Source: an uncultured Clostridia bacterium
GTDB taxonomy: Bacteria; Bacillota; Clostridia; Oscillospirales; QAMX01
Assembly: GCA_944380935.1 (NCBI GenBank)
Contig: CALWJF010000065.1
Location: 1-46,294, forward strand
Length of the DNA: 46,294 bases
Direction: 5' to 3'
The notes below the pieces were generated by a model, which did not search any database, had not been told where the DNA came from, and saw only the letters and a list, made by a program, of their open reading frames with translations. Shown here piece after piece: positions 28,872 through 38,959 of the stretch (its first letter is position 1; the number at the start of each line of letters is the position of its first letter). Both the position numbers and the translations under genes were made by a program.

Positions 28872-29708
28872 ATGTTGACTTTGGTTTTCGCGCTGCTGGC
28901 AGGAATCTCCTCTGCGTATATCTGTATCGCTTCCGAATATCCCGGTTGGACATGGGTGGGAATGTTTGTGCTGCTGGGTATCGCAGCTTTTGCCGCAATC
29001 CTGATTCTTTATGTAGGGTTCCTTGCGGTCTGCACCCTTTGGGTCAACCCAAAAAAGCCGCAGGATGAAATCAGTCCATTTTATCATTTCCTTCTGACGC
29101 AATCGACCGGTTTACTGGTTCACCTGTGCGGCGTACGGGTCAAAACAGAAGGATTTGAAAACATTCCAAAAGACCGCCCGTTTTTGCTGGTCGGAAATCA
29201 TCGTTCGAACTTTGATCCGATTATCGCCCTGTGGACGCTGCGCCAGTATAAACTTACCTTTGTTTCCAAACCCGAGAATCTGCAAATGCCGCTTGTCGGA
29301 AAAATTTTGTATAAATGCGGCTTTCTTGCCATCGATCGTGAAGACGACCGCCGGGCTGTGACAGCGATTCTGGCTGCTGCCGCGCAGATTCAAAACGGCA
29401 TTTGCAGCGTCGGTATCTACCCGGAAGGCACACGCAACCGGGAAGGGACCGGTTTGCTGCCTTTCAAAAACGGGTCCTTTAAAATCGCGCAGCGCACCGG
29501 TGCGCCCGTCGTTGTCGCTGCAATAGAGGGTACGCAAAACATCCATCGTCACGCACCGCTTCCCACACATGTGCGCTTTTCCATCGCCGGCGTGATCGAG
29601 CAGCCGGAAGGACGGCGCTGTGGTACACAAGAACTATCCCAGCAGGCACAGCAGATGCTCTGCCATACCCTCCATACCCTGGGCATTGAAAATCCCGGTA
29701 AAGCCTAA
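28872..29708 (+). CDS. plsC: 1-acyl-sn-glycerol-3-phosphate acyltransferase with N-terminal TM helices
   Basis: NHRSNFD (HX4D), FLAIDR, YPEGTR, PFKNGSF. Confidence 0.9.
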   Translation: MLTLVFALLAGISSAYICIASEYPGWTWVGMFVLLGIAAFAAILILYVGFLAVCTLWVNPKKPQDEISPFYHFLLTQSTGLLVHLCGVRVKTEGFENIPKDRPFLLVGNHRSNFDPIIALWTLRQYKLTFVSKPENLQMPLVGKILYKCGFLAIDREDDRRAVTAILAAAAQIQNGICSVGIYPEGTRNREGTGLLPFKNGSFKIAQRTGAPVVVAAIEGTQNIHRHAPLPTHVRFSIAGVIEQPEGRRCGTQELSQQAQQMLCHTLHTLGIENPGKA

Positions 29709-29749
29709 ATTCTTTGTGCTGAGCCAGGAAAAATGAGGTCGTATATTCT

Positions 29750-30313
29750 ATGAAAAAGAAGATTTTTACCATTCCGAATCTTTTATCCCTGTTTCGGCTG
29801 CTGCTGATCCCACTGATCGTCTGGCTGTTCAGCGTAAAAGAAAATACGCTTTTGGCTATCGCCGTTATTTTGCTTTCGGGCCTGACTGATATCGTCGACG
29901 GATATGTCGCCCGCCATTTTAACATGGTTTCGGATATTGGCAAAATCCTCGATCCGATTGCGGATAAACTGACGCAGGCCGCCGTCTTGATTTGCATCGC
30001 TCTGCGTTTTATACCGGTGCGTTTCCTGTTTGCCCTGATGGCGGTGAAAGAGATCCTGATGGGGGTCTTCGGCCTTATTGTTATCCGGCGTACAAGCATC
30101 GTCAGCGGTGCGCACTGGCACGGTAAATTCTGTACGGTAACGCTTTATTGTGTGATTTTAGTGCATATGTTCTTTTTCTCGTCGCTGCCGCAAACCGTCT
30201 CCGCTGTGCTTTGCGCTGTTTGCGCATTGGTCATGCTTGCATCCTTGCTGCTTTATCTGCGCGAAGATCTGCACCTGTTACAACAAAACTTTGATGAATC
30301 GTCCAAAGCCTGA
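29750..30313 (+). CDS. CDP-alcohol phosphatidyltransferase (PgsA-like)
   Basis: IPNLLSLFR; TDIVDGYVAR...GKILDPIADK motif. Confidence 0.92.
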   Translation: MKKKIFTIPNLLSLFRLLLIPLIVWLFSVKENTLLAIAVILLSGLTDIVDGYVARHFNMVSDIGKILDPIADKLTQAAVLICIALRFIPVRFLFALMAVKEILMGVFGLIVIRRTSIVSGAHWHGKFCTVTLYCVILVHMFFFSSLPQTVSAVLCAVCALVMLASLLLYLREDLHLLQQNFDESSKA

Positions 30314-30319
30314 TCTGTA

Positions 30320-30369
30320 TAAAAGAAGACGGCCCGGAACTTTTGTGTTTTCCGGGCCGTCTTTTTATT
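30320..30369. terminator. Bidirectional terminator
   Basis: AAGACGGCCCGGAA...TTCCGGGCCGTCTT with A/T tails. Confidence 0.8.
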
Positions 30370-32809
30370 GCACATGAATCTTCGCTTCTGCTTCCCCAAG
30401 CCCCTCGACCCAAATTTTCAAAACAGCTTCGCCGGCTTCATACCCGGCGCGGATAATCGCCGTAGCACGGCCTTTATAAGTTGTAAACGCACCCGTAGTG
30501 TAATTTTCCTCCGTACATGGATTTCCCGAGCCAAAGCCCTGCAATGTCGCGGCTCCACTTACCTGCGCTTTCGCCGCCAGTGCAGCATTCGGTACGCGGC
30601 GGCCCTGTTGATCTACAATCTCAATCATAGCATAGCACAGCGACTGGCCGTTACCCAGTATATTCGGGCGCTCCAACCGAATCTGAATCCCGGCTGCCGC
30701 CCCGCAGCTCTCAATGCGGTCCCGCGAAACTTCTTCGCCGTTTGTATAACTAATCGCCTCTACAACACCGGGTGTATATACGGCGTCAAATTTCGCCGTA
30801 TACCGGCATGCCTTACCCGCAGGTTTGCGGCCAAGGCTGACCCCATTGACAATCAGTTCCACCTCGTCAGCGCGGGAATATACGTCGATGCCAACCGGTT
30901 TCCCTTCCTGGCCCGGCCAGTACCAGGCGTGTTCTACTTCCGGCCAGCCCCATTTGCTGACAATCTCCTTCACCCCATAATGTTCCGGATGACGGCTGAC
31001 TATATACGTATCGGTGCTGCCCCAAACCACCTTACGGTAGGCCAACTGCGGCATGGGATTTCCGCAGATATCAAAATCCCCGCAATTTGCAAGCCGCCAC
31101 GGATACAGGCACGGGATCGACCAGAACGAGATGTGCTCATCCATCGCATCATCATAAATAACATCCCCGATATGCGCTTCCCCGATATAATCCCAGCTCG
31201 TCCAGGTGAAATCGCCAATCACATACGGCAACTGTTCGACCTTTTCCCAATAGATGTCGATCCGGTTCGGAAAACTTTCCGTACCGCAGAAAACATGGTT
31301 TGGAAAAATCTTCGCATCCGCTTCATAGCGGTTTTCGGCATAATTATACCCGATTACGTCCAGCGGCGCCACAAAAGCGCCCAGGTATTTTTCCGTTAAT
31401 TCATCAAAATACGGCGACTCCAGGCCTTCGGTATTGGGGTTTATCAGCTTCGCTTCATCCGCCGCAATGCGCAGCCGGGCAATTTCGTCTTTCGTTACGG
31501 CATTCATAAAGCCGTTGATGCCGTTTGTAATCAGACGGGTACGGTCAAGCCGGCGCACGCATTCAGCCAGATCGCGGGCATAGCGGTACCCGTCATGCAG
31601 GCCGCTGCGCTCCATGATCTCGTTGCCCGTACTCCACAGGATAATGCTGGGATGGTTACGGTCGCGGGTAACGAACGCTTCCATCTCCTTTTGCCAGTCG
31701 GTGCGGAAATACAGGCCGAAATCGTAGGTGTTTTTTCCAACATTCCAGCAGTCAAACGCTTCATCCAGTACCAGCAGGCCAAGCCGGTCGCAGGCTTCCA
31801 GCATATCACGCGAAGGCGGGTTATGCGCGCAGCGGATCGCATTATACCCATTGTCTTTGTGCAGCTTCAGGCGCCGGTACTCCGCATCATAAAAACTTGC
31901 AGCACCAAGGATGCCGTTTTCATGGTGGACACAACCGCCTTTGAGCTTGACCGTTCGGCCGTTGAGCATAAACCCATGGATACGGTCAACCGAAATCGTA
32001 CGAATTCCAAATAAAGTGTGATCGTCGTCCAGCACTTCACCGTTGCGTTCGATCCGCGCACGCAGAACATACAGCTGCGGATGTTCGATGTCCCAGATCC
32101 GCGCATCCGGAACAACAAGCTTGCAGTGCGCAACCGTCGTTTCCCCTGCCGGGACATGCACAGTCAGCTTTCCTCTTGCGGCAGCAGCTTTACTGCCCTC
32201 ATCCTCCAAATCGATAAAAGCGCGCAGCTGCGCATCTTCATCGGAATCGTTGACTACCCGAAGCTCCACAGCAACCACGGCAGTACCGTCCCTGTCAACG
32301 CGCTCCGTATAGGCATAAATCCCCCACGGCGCAATGTGCAGCTTCGGTGCGCACAGCAAATCTACATGCCGGTAAAGCCCGGAACCGGAATACCAGCGCG
32401 TATTGGGTTCGGCGGAATTGTTAATCTGCACTTCCAGAACATTTTCACCGCCGAAATTCAGATACTTGGTTAAATCCGCATGGAAGGGCGAATATCCATA
32501 ATGATGGGTCATAATCTGATTGCGGTTGATCGTTATGCAGGCATTCATAAACGCGCCATCAAACTCGACCAGTACCCGTTTCCCGCGCACATCCGCCGGT
32601 ACAGTAAAAGTTTTTTGATAATGCCCGCATCCATTGCGGTAATATCCGGTTGTGCGCACGCCGGGCGCATCCGGCGAAGGGTCCGTATGGATTGTAAAAT
32701 CATGGGGAAGATTGACTTCCTGTTCTTCGGAATCAAATTTATTCGCCACACCCATGATCGAATTCGTGTACTTGAATAACCAGCCCCGATCTAAACTGCT
32801 CCGTTTCAT
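30365..32809 (-). CDS. Glycoside hydrolase family 2 (beta-galactosidase-like), cytoplasmic
   Basis: LPHD, WYSGSGLYR, FGIRTI, NAIRCAHNP, RDRNHPSIILWSTGNE, WDYIGE. Confidence 0.93.
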   Translation of the reverse strand: MKRSSLDRGWLFKYTNSIMGVANKFDSEEQEVNLPHDFTIHTDPSPDAPGVRTTGYYRNGCGHYQKTFTVPADVRGKRVLVEFDGAFMNACITINRNQIMTHHYGYSPFHADLTKYLNFGGENVLEVQINNSAEPNTRWYSGSGLYRHVDLLCAPKLHIAPWGIYAYTERVDRDGTAVVAVELRVVNDSDEDAQLRAFIDLEDEGSKAAAARGKLTVHVPAGETTVAHCKLVVPDARIWDIEHPQLYVLRARIERNGEVLDDDHTLFGIRTISVDRIHGFMLNGRTVKLKGGCVHHENGILGAASFYDAEYRRLKLHKDNGYNAIRCAHNPPSRDMLEACDRLGLLVLDEAFDCWNVGKNTYDFGLYFRTDWQKEMEAFVTRDRNHPSIILWSTGNEIMERSGLHDGYRYARDLAECVRRLDRTRLITNGINGFMNAVTKDEIARLRIAADEAKLINPNTEGLESPYFDELTEKYLGAFVAPLDVIGYNYAENRYEADAKIFPNHVFCGTESFPNRIDIYWEKVEQLPYVIGDFTWTSWDYIGEAHIGDVIYDDAMDEHISFWSIPCLYPWRLANCGDFDICGNPMPQLAYRKVVWGSTDTYIVSRHPEHYGVKEIVSKWGWPEVEHAWYWPGQEGKPVGIDVYSRADEVELIVNGVSLGRKPAGKACRYTAKFDAVYTPGVVEAISYTNGEEVSRDRIESCGAAAGIQIRLERPNILGNGQSLCYAMIEIVDQQGRRVPNAALAAKAQVSGAATLQGFGSGNPCTEENYTTGAFTTYKGRATAIIRAGYEAGEAVLKIWVEGLGEAEAKIHVQ

Positions 32810-32965
32810 AGCAAAACCTCTCTCTTTTCTATTTTTGCCTACATATGGTTATTGTACAAAAAGTTTCCAAAAAAAGCAATGCGTTTCTCCAATTTTGCCC
32901 GCTGATTTTGCTAAAAATAGAAATCCGTCCGCCAATTTTTAGCCTGCATTCTGTTTTGCTTCCAG

Positions 32966-33006
32966 AAAAAGCCGTCCCGCAGGAGTACTCCTGCGGGACG
33001 GCTTTC
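32966..33006 (-). terminator. Terminator after hsp20
   Basis: AAAGCCGTCCCGCAGGAG-TA-CTCCTGCGGGACGGCTTT. Confidence 0.85.
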
Positions 33007-33034
33007 CTTGTAATTGTTTTTTTATGCTGCGTTT

Positions 33035-33478
33035 TTACTCGATCTGAATGCGGTTCGGCGCCTGAATCTGCGGCGTACCCTTCTTCGGAATCTCCAGCTG
33101 CAAAACACCGGATTCAAATTTACCCTTGATATCCTCCGGCTTTACATCGCCGACATAGAAGCTTCTCATCAACGAGCCTGCATAACGCTCCCGGCGGATA
33201 TAGCGGCCGTTTTTATCTTCTTCATCTTTATCCAGACCCTTTGCGGCTTTTACCGTCAGATAATCATCTTTCAGCTCGACCTCAATCTCATCCTTCTTAA
33301 AGCCCGGAAGATCAATTGCCAGCTTATAGCTGTCCTTGTCTTCCCGGATATCCGTCTTCATCAGGTTCTTCGCGTGTTTTCCGTACAGCGGATTGTTCTT
33401 CGTCGGGAAGAAATTGCGTTCAAACGCGTCATCGAAAAATTCATCCATTAGATTTTCACCAAAAATGCTGGGCAACAT
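33035..33478 (-). CDS. Small heat shock protein Hsp20/alpha-crystallin
   Basis: MKTDIRE, DLPGFKKDEI, RRERYAGS, GVLQLEIPK. Confidence 0.95.
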   Translation of the reverse strand: MLPSIFGENLMDEFFDDAFERNFFPTKNNPLYGKHAKNLMKTDIREDKDSYKLAIDLPGFKKDEIEVELKDDYLTVKAAKGLDKDEEDKNGRYIRRERYAGSLMRSFYVGDVKPEDIKGKFESGVLQLEIPKKGTPQIQAPNRIQIE

Positions 33479-33575
33479 AGTTCATTCCTCCATTTCTTTA
33501 TCAGACAGATGCCCGACCAGGAGGAGGTCTTTAGGAGGCCTTCTTTCTTGGTACACTTATAGTATACACGCAAAA

Positions 33576-33602
33576 TTAGCACTGTCAATAGGTGAGTGCT
33601 AA
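33576..33602. promoter_or_regulatory. CIRCE element (HrcA operator) covering the hsp20 -35 box
   Basis: TTAGCACTG-N9-GAGTGCTAA (1 mismatch to consensus); minus-strand TTGACA inside it and TATACT 16 bp downstream. Confidence 0.92.
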
Positions 33603-33831
33603 TGTTTACAAAAAAATCATATTTTATATAATAAAAGTACATAAATTCTTTTGTGTTTGCATTCAGAATTTTAAAAATTTTGGATTCCTTAATGCTAAAA
33701 ACCAGCTATGCAATGATAAAGCATCATATGCAGGCGAAACACTGCCAAAATTTGAAAAACCGGCACTTCCCCGTTGTTTTGACATATAAAATCCAAAAAA
33801 CCGCCTGCTTTGCAAAATTTGCAATTTTCCC

Positions 33832-33860
33832 TTGACAAGGAAGAAAAAAAGGGGTATAGT
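33832..33860 (+). promoter_or_regulatory. sigma-A promoter of the acyl-CoA ligase/SSS/ior/paaK operon
   Basis: TTGACA-N17-TATAGT. Confidence 0.75.
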
Positions 33861-33948
33861 TTCTTTAATGGTTTAAAGCGATAAAATCCGTTTTCCATTC
33901 CTGTTAATTTTTATAAAATGCGGCCTGTTCGCAGCAGAAGGAGTTTTT

Positions 33949-35583
33949 ATGGTTATCACGCAGATCCTGGAACAAAACGCGCAGAAATTCGGGGAGGACA
34001 TTGCGCTTGTGGAGATCAATCCCGAGCAGCCGGAAACGCGGCGGCACACCTGGCGGGAATTCGAGCTGGTGGAGTCGGCGCCCTGCCCGTATTACCGGCG
34101 GGAAATTTCCTGGAATATTTTTAATGAAAAAGCCAACCGGTTTGCCAACGCGCTATTAATGCGCGGCATCAAAAAAGGGGACAAGGTTGCCATCCTGATG
34201 ATGAACTGTCTGGAATGGCTGCCGATTTATTTTGGAATCTTAAAAACCGGCGCATTGGCTGTGCCGTTGAATTTCCGTTATTCTTCCGATGAAATTGAAT
34301 ATTGTTTAAATCTTGCCGAGGTGGACGCGCTGGTTTTCGGCCCGGAATTTATCGGACGCGTCGAGGCAATTGCCGACCGGATTATGGAGAACCGGCTGCT
34401 GATCTATGCCGGACCGGGATGTCCGCGCTTTGCCGAGGACTACCATTCTCTGACTGCGGACTGCGCCTCCCGTTCACCGGAAATCCCGCTTACGCCGGAC
34501 GACTATGCGGCCATTTATTTTTCTTCCGGGACAACCGGGTTCCCAAAAGCCATTCTGCACAAGCACCGTGCCCTGATGCACGCCGCAATTGTCGAACAGA
34601 AGCACCATGGTCAGACTAAAGACGATATATTCCTTTGTATCCCACCACTGTACCATACAGGTGCAAAAATGCACTGGTTCGGGTCCCTGCTGTCCGGGGG
34701 CAAAGCCGTGCTGCTGAAAGGGACGAAGCCGGAATTCATTTTCGACGCCATAAGCAAGGAAAAATGCACGATTGTCTGGCTTTTGGTCCCATGGGCGCAG
34801 GATATCCTCGCCGCACTTGACCGCGGGGATTTGAAAATTTCCGATTATACGCTATCGCAGTGGCGGCTGATGCACATCGGCGCGCAGCCGGTCCCGAGAA
34901 GCCTGATCCGCCGCTGGCTCGAATATTTCCCCAACCATCAATATGATACCAACTACGGCCTTTCGGAATCCATCGGCCCCGGTGCAGTCCATCTGGGCGT
35001 GGAAAATGTCGCCCATGTCGGCGCCATCGGCGTACCCGGCTACGGATGGCAGACCAAAATCGTGGATGAATCCGGCGCCGCGGTCGCACAGGGCAGCGTC
35101 GGCGAACTGTGCCTCAAAGGCGACGGCGTTATGGTCTGCTACTACAACGACCCTGAAGCGACGGCGAACACCCTGAAGGACGGCTGGCTTTATACCGGAG
35201 ACATGGCCATGCAGGACGAAGAAGGGTTTATCCATCTGGTTGACCGCAAAAAGGACGTCATCATCACCGGCGGCGAAAACCTCTATCCTGTCCAGATCGA
35301 GGACTTTATTTCCGCATACCCGGCTGTACAGGATGTAGCCGTGATCGGCCTGCCCGACCGGCGTCTTGGGGAAATTGCCGCTGCTATCATTCAGCTCAAA
35401 CCCGGCGCCGTATGCACCGAAGAACAGATCAACGAATTCTGCAAGGGTATGCCGCGCTATAAGCGCCCGCGCAGAATAATTTTCGCAGATGTTCCCCGCA
35501 ATCCGACCGGAAAAATAGAAAAACCAAAGCTGCGCAAACTGTACGGCGGCGATCTTCTGGTCGAGTCACAGAATCTGTCGTAA
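33949..35583 (+). CDS. AMP-binding acyl-CoA synthetase
   Basis: YFSSGTTGFPK, YGLSE, WLYTGD, PRNPTGKI. Confidence 0.93.
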   Translation: MVITQILEQNAQKFGEDIALVEINPEQPETRRHTWREFELVESAPCPYYRREISWNIFNEKANRFANALLMRGIKKGDKVAILMMNCLEWLPIYFGILKTGALAVPLNFRYSSDEIEYCLNLAEVDALVFGPEFIGRVEAIADRIMENRLLIYAGPGCPRFAEDYHSLTADCASRSPEIPLTPDDYAAIYFSSGTTGFPKAILHKHRALMHAAIVEQKHHGQTKDDIFLCIPPLYHTGAKMHWFGSLLSGGKAVLLKGTKPEFIFDAISKEKCTIVWLLVPWAQDILAALDRGDLKISDYTLSQWRLMHIGAQPVPRSLIRRWLEYFPNHQYDTNYGLSESIGPGAVHLGVENVAHVGAIGVPGYGWQTKIVDESGAAVAQGSVGELCLKGDGVMVCYYNDPEATANTLKDGWLYTGDMAMQDEEGFIHLVDRKKDVIITGGENLYPVQIEDFISAYPAVQDVAVIGLPDRRLGEIAAAIIQLKPGAVCTEEQINEFCKGMPRYKRPRRIIFADVPRNPTGKIEKPKLRKLYGGDLLVESQNLS

Positions 35584-35595
35584 GGAGATCCACAT

Positions 35596-37149
35596 ATGAG
35601 CATCGTACTGATTACCGCTTTTCTTGTCGTCTTTTTTGCCATTATGATCGCCATCGGCATTTACTGCCGCCGGCACAGTTCCAGCGTAGACGGGTTCGTA
35701 TTGGGCGGACGCAGCGTCGGGCCATGGCTGAGCGCGTTTGCATTCGGCACTTCCTATTTTTCCGCTGTAATCTTTGTCGGCTATGCCGGGCAATTCGGCT
35801 GGAATTTCGGCCTGGCTTCGACCTGGATCGGCCTGGGCAACGCATTCATCGGTTCGCTTCTGGCCTGGGCGGTTCTGGGCCGCCGCACGCGCGTCATGAC
35901 GCAGCATCTGGGGTCCAAAACCATGCCGGAATTTTTCGGTGCGCGTTATGACTCCAAAACCTTGAAAATTGCGGCAAGCGTCATCACCTTTGTCTTTATG
36001 ATCCCCTATACCGCCTCTCTGTACAACGGGCTTTCCCGCCTGTTTTCGATGGCGTATAACGGTATCGATTATTCCCTATGCGTCATCATCATGGCCGTAC
36101 TCACCGGCATCTACGTTTTATTCGGCGGCTATATGGCCACCGCAATCAACGATTTTATTCAGGGTTTGATTATGCTCGGCGGTATTGTCGCCGTCATCGG
36201 CGCCGTACTCAGCTCCAACGGCGGCTTCAGCGCTGCAATAGAAACGCTGGCCACCAGCGAAAACGGCGGCTGGCAATATACTTCCTTTTTTGGCGCGGAC
36301 CCCGGATTCCTATTCTTTGTCGTCATGCTGACTTCGCTGGGCACCTGGGGCCTTCCGCAAATGGTGGGGAAATTTTATGCGATCAAGAACGAAGACTCCA
36401 TCAAAAAGGGCACCGTTATTTCCACGCTGTTTGCCATCATCGTCGCAGGGGGCTGTTACTTCCTCGGCGGATTCGGACGGCTGTATGAAGTGGATGTGGC
36501 AAACGAGGGTTTTGACGCAATTATTCCCACCATGCTTTCCAACCTGCCGGCAATCCTGATCGGCGTAGTAATCGTGCTGGTGCTGTCCGCATCCATGTCC
36601 ACACTGTCTTCTCTTGTACTGACTTCCGGCTCGACCATTACACTCGACTTTATCGCGCCGCTGCGGAAAACCAGCATGACGGAAAAAGGCAAAATGCTAT
36701 GCATCCGTTTGTTTATCGTCTTTTTTATCGCCGTTTCTACCGTTATCGCAATCTTCCAATATCATTCTAAAAGTTTCCTCATTGCACAGATGATGGGCGT
36801 GTCCTGGGGTGCGCTTGCCGGTGCGTTCCTGGCGCCCTTCCTCTACGGTCTATATTGGAAAGGCGTGACCCGGATTTCTGTCGTTGTATGCTTTATATAC
36901 GGCGTTGGGCTGGAAATTATGCAGCTTCTCATTTCCCTTGGAATTTTCAGCGTCGAATCCGTCCCAGTCCTCGGCTTTATCTTTAAAAATTCCCTGTATT
37001 CCGGCGTCTTTGCTATGGTCGGCGGCTTAATCCTCGTCCCGGTTGTAAGCGTCCTGACCCGTGCTTCCAGGCCTGCGGATACAGAGGGTATATTTGCCTG
37101 CTATGGGGAAAAGAAAACGGTTGAAATCACAGATTCTCTGGGAAAATAG
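35596..37149 (+). CDS. Sodium:solute symporter (SSS family)
   Basis: About 13 TM; FVLGGRS, FGGYMA, SASMST. Confidence 0.92.
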   Translation: MSIVLITAFLVVFFAIMIAIGIYCRRHSSSVDGFVLGGRSVGPWLSAFAFGTSYFSAVIFVGYAGQFGWNFGLASTWIGLGNAFIGSLLAWAVLGRRTRVMTQHLGSKTMPEFFGARYDSKTLKIAASVITFVFMIPYTASLYNGLSRLFSMAYNGIDYSLCVIIMAVLTGIYVLFGGYMATAINDFIQGLIMLGGIVAVIGAVLSSNGGFSAAIETLATSENGGWQYTSFFGADPGFLFFVVMLTSLGTWGLPQMVGKFYAIKNEDSIKKGTVISTLFAIIVAGGCYFLGGFGRLYEVDVANEGFDAIIPTMLSNLPAILIGVVIVLVLSASMSTLSSLVLTSGSTITLDFIAPLRKTSMTEKGKMLCIRLFIVFFIAVSTVIAIFQYHSKSFLIAQMMGVSWGALAGAFLAPFLYGLYWKGVTRISVVVCFIYGVGLEIMQLLISLGIFSVESVPVLGFIFKNSLYSGVFAMVGGLILVPVVSVLTRASRPADTEGIFACYGEKKTVEITDSLGK

Positions 37150-37213
37150 CTTGTATCTGCATATAATCTGCATTATAATATTTGTATGTGCATATGAAAG
37201 AAAGGAAATCCGC

Positions 37214-38959
37214 ATGAAAAAACTGATGCTCGGCAATGAAGCCGTCGCCCGCGGTTTCTACGAGGCAGGCGTAACGGTTGTTTCCAGTTATCCGGGAACG
37301 CCTTCCACGGAAATCACGGAATATTCCGCTAACTATGATGAAATTTACTGTGAGTGGGCGCCGAATGAAAAGGTAGCCTGTGAAGTCGCCTTCGGTGCTT
37401 CTTTGCGCGGCGCACGCGCGGCCTGCGCCATGAAACACGTCGGCTTAAATGTCGCCGCCGATCCGTTGTTTACCCTTTCCTATACCGGGGTAAACGGGGG
37501 GCTTGTCGTCTGCGTGGCCGACGACCCTGCAATGCATTCCTCGCAAAATGAACAGGACAGCCGCCATTACGCCATCGCCGCAAAAATCCCGATGCTGGAG
37601 CCTGCCAATTCGGCAGAAGCGCGCGACTTCGCCAAGGCTGCGTTCACGCTTTCGGAAACTTATGATACACCGGTGCTTCTGCGCATGTGTACGCGTATTG
37701 CGCATTCGCAAAGCATCGTCACGCTGGAAGACCGGCAGGCCCGTCCGCTTCCGGACTATCACCGTGCCCCGGCAAAGTATATTATGACCCCGGCAAACGC
37801 CATTCAAAAACACCCGCTGGTCGAAGAACGCACACGCAAACTGACCGAATATGCAGAAACCTGCCCGTTTAACCGTGTGGAAATGGGCGGAACCAAACTT
37901 GGCATTCTGTGTTCCGGTACCTGCTACCAATACATAAAAGAAGTATTTGGCGACAGTGTCAGCGTATTGAAGCTGGGTCTGGTCAATCCGCTTCCCGTGC
38001 AGAAAATCCGCGACTTTGCCGCACAGGTCGACCGGCTTGTCGTCGTTGAAGAGCTCGATGGGATCATCGAGCAGCATTGCGCTTCCATCGGCGTTGCTGT
38101 AGAAGGCAAAAGCCTGTTTTCCCCTATCGGCGAATTCAGCCAGGCTACAATCCGCCGTGCGTTCGGGTTGGAGCAGCCGAAAGAAGCCTGCGCTGAAAGC
38201 CTGCCTATACCTGTGCGCCCGCCGGTTATGTGCGCCGGATGTCCGCACCGCGGTTTATATTATTCGCTGGTTAAGAACAAAGTTACCGTTTTGGGCGATA
38301 TCGGATGCTATACCCTCGGTGCAGCCGCGCCGCTGAACGCGCTGGATTCAACGTTGTGCATGGGTGCATCCGTCAGCGGCCTGCATGGATTCAATAAGGC
38401 TTCCGATGGCGCCGATGCAGCAAAAACGGTCTGTGTTATCGGCGATTCCACGTTTATTCATTCCGGTATTACGGGCTTAGTCAACATTGCCTATAACAAT
38501 TCTCATTCTACGGTTATCATCCTGGATAATTCCATCACCGGGATGACCGGCCATCAGCAAAACCCCACTACCGGTTATAACATCAAAGGCGACCCGGCTA
38601 CGAAGGTCAGTCTTGAAGCGTTGTGCCACGCAGTCGGCATCCATCGGGTGCGTGTCGTCGATCCTTATGATCTGGCTGCCTGCGATACGGCTATCCGCGA
38701 AGAGCTCGCCGCGGACGAGCCGAGCGTCATCATCAGCCGCCGGCCCTGCGCGCTTTTGAAGTATGTCCGCCATCCCGGCCCGATTTCCATCGATGCGGAC
38801 AAGTGCCGCGGCTGCCGCGCCTGTATGCGCATCGGCTGTCCGGCTATCTCCGTACGCAATAAAAAGGCGGTAATCGACGCGACACTCTGCGTCGGCTGCG
38901 GCGTATGCAGCCAGCTGTGCGCGTTTGACGCCATTGAAAAGAAGGAGGTCAAAGCATGA
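37214..38959 (+). CDS. iorA: Indolepyruvate:ferredoxin oxidoreductase alpha subunit
   Basis: YPGTPSTE, NEKVA, MKHVGLN, SSQNEQD, CAGCPHR, GDST...MTGHQ, 2x[4Fe-4S] C-terminus. Confidence 0.96.
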   Translation: MKKLMLGNEAVARGFYEAGVTVVSSYPGTPSTEITEYSANYDEIYCEWAPNEKVACEVAFGASLRGARAACAMKHVGLNVAADPLFTLSYTGVNGGLVVCVADDPAMHSSQNEQDSRHYAIAAKIPMLEPANSAEARDFAKAAFTLSETYDTPVLLRMCTRIAHSQSIVTLEDRQARPLPDYHRAPAKYIMTPANAIQKHPLVEERTRKLTEYAETCPFNRVEMGGTKLGILCSGTCYQYIKEVFGDSVSVLKLGLVNPLPVQKIRDFAAQVDRLVVVEELDGIIEQHCASIGVAVEGKSLFSPIGEFSQATIRRAFGLEQPKEACAESLPIPVRPPVMCAGCPHRGLYYSLVKNKVTVLGDIGCYTLGAAAPLNALDSTLCMGASVSGLHGFNKASDGADAAKTVCVIGDSTFIHSGITGLVNIAYNNSHSTVIILDNSITGMTGHQQNPTTGYNIKGDPATKVSLEALCHAVGIHRVRVVDPYDLAACDTAIREELAADEPSVIISRRPCALLKYVRHPGPISIDADKCRGCRACMRIGCPAISVRNKKAVIDATLCVGCGVCSQLCAFDAIEKKEVKA

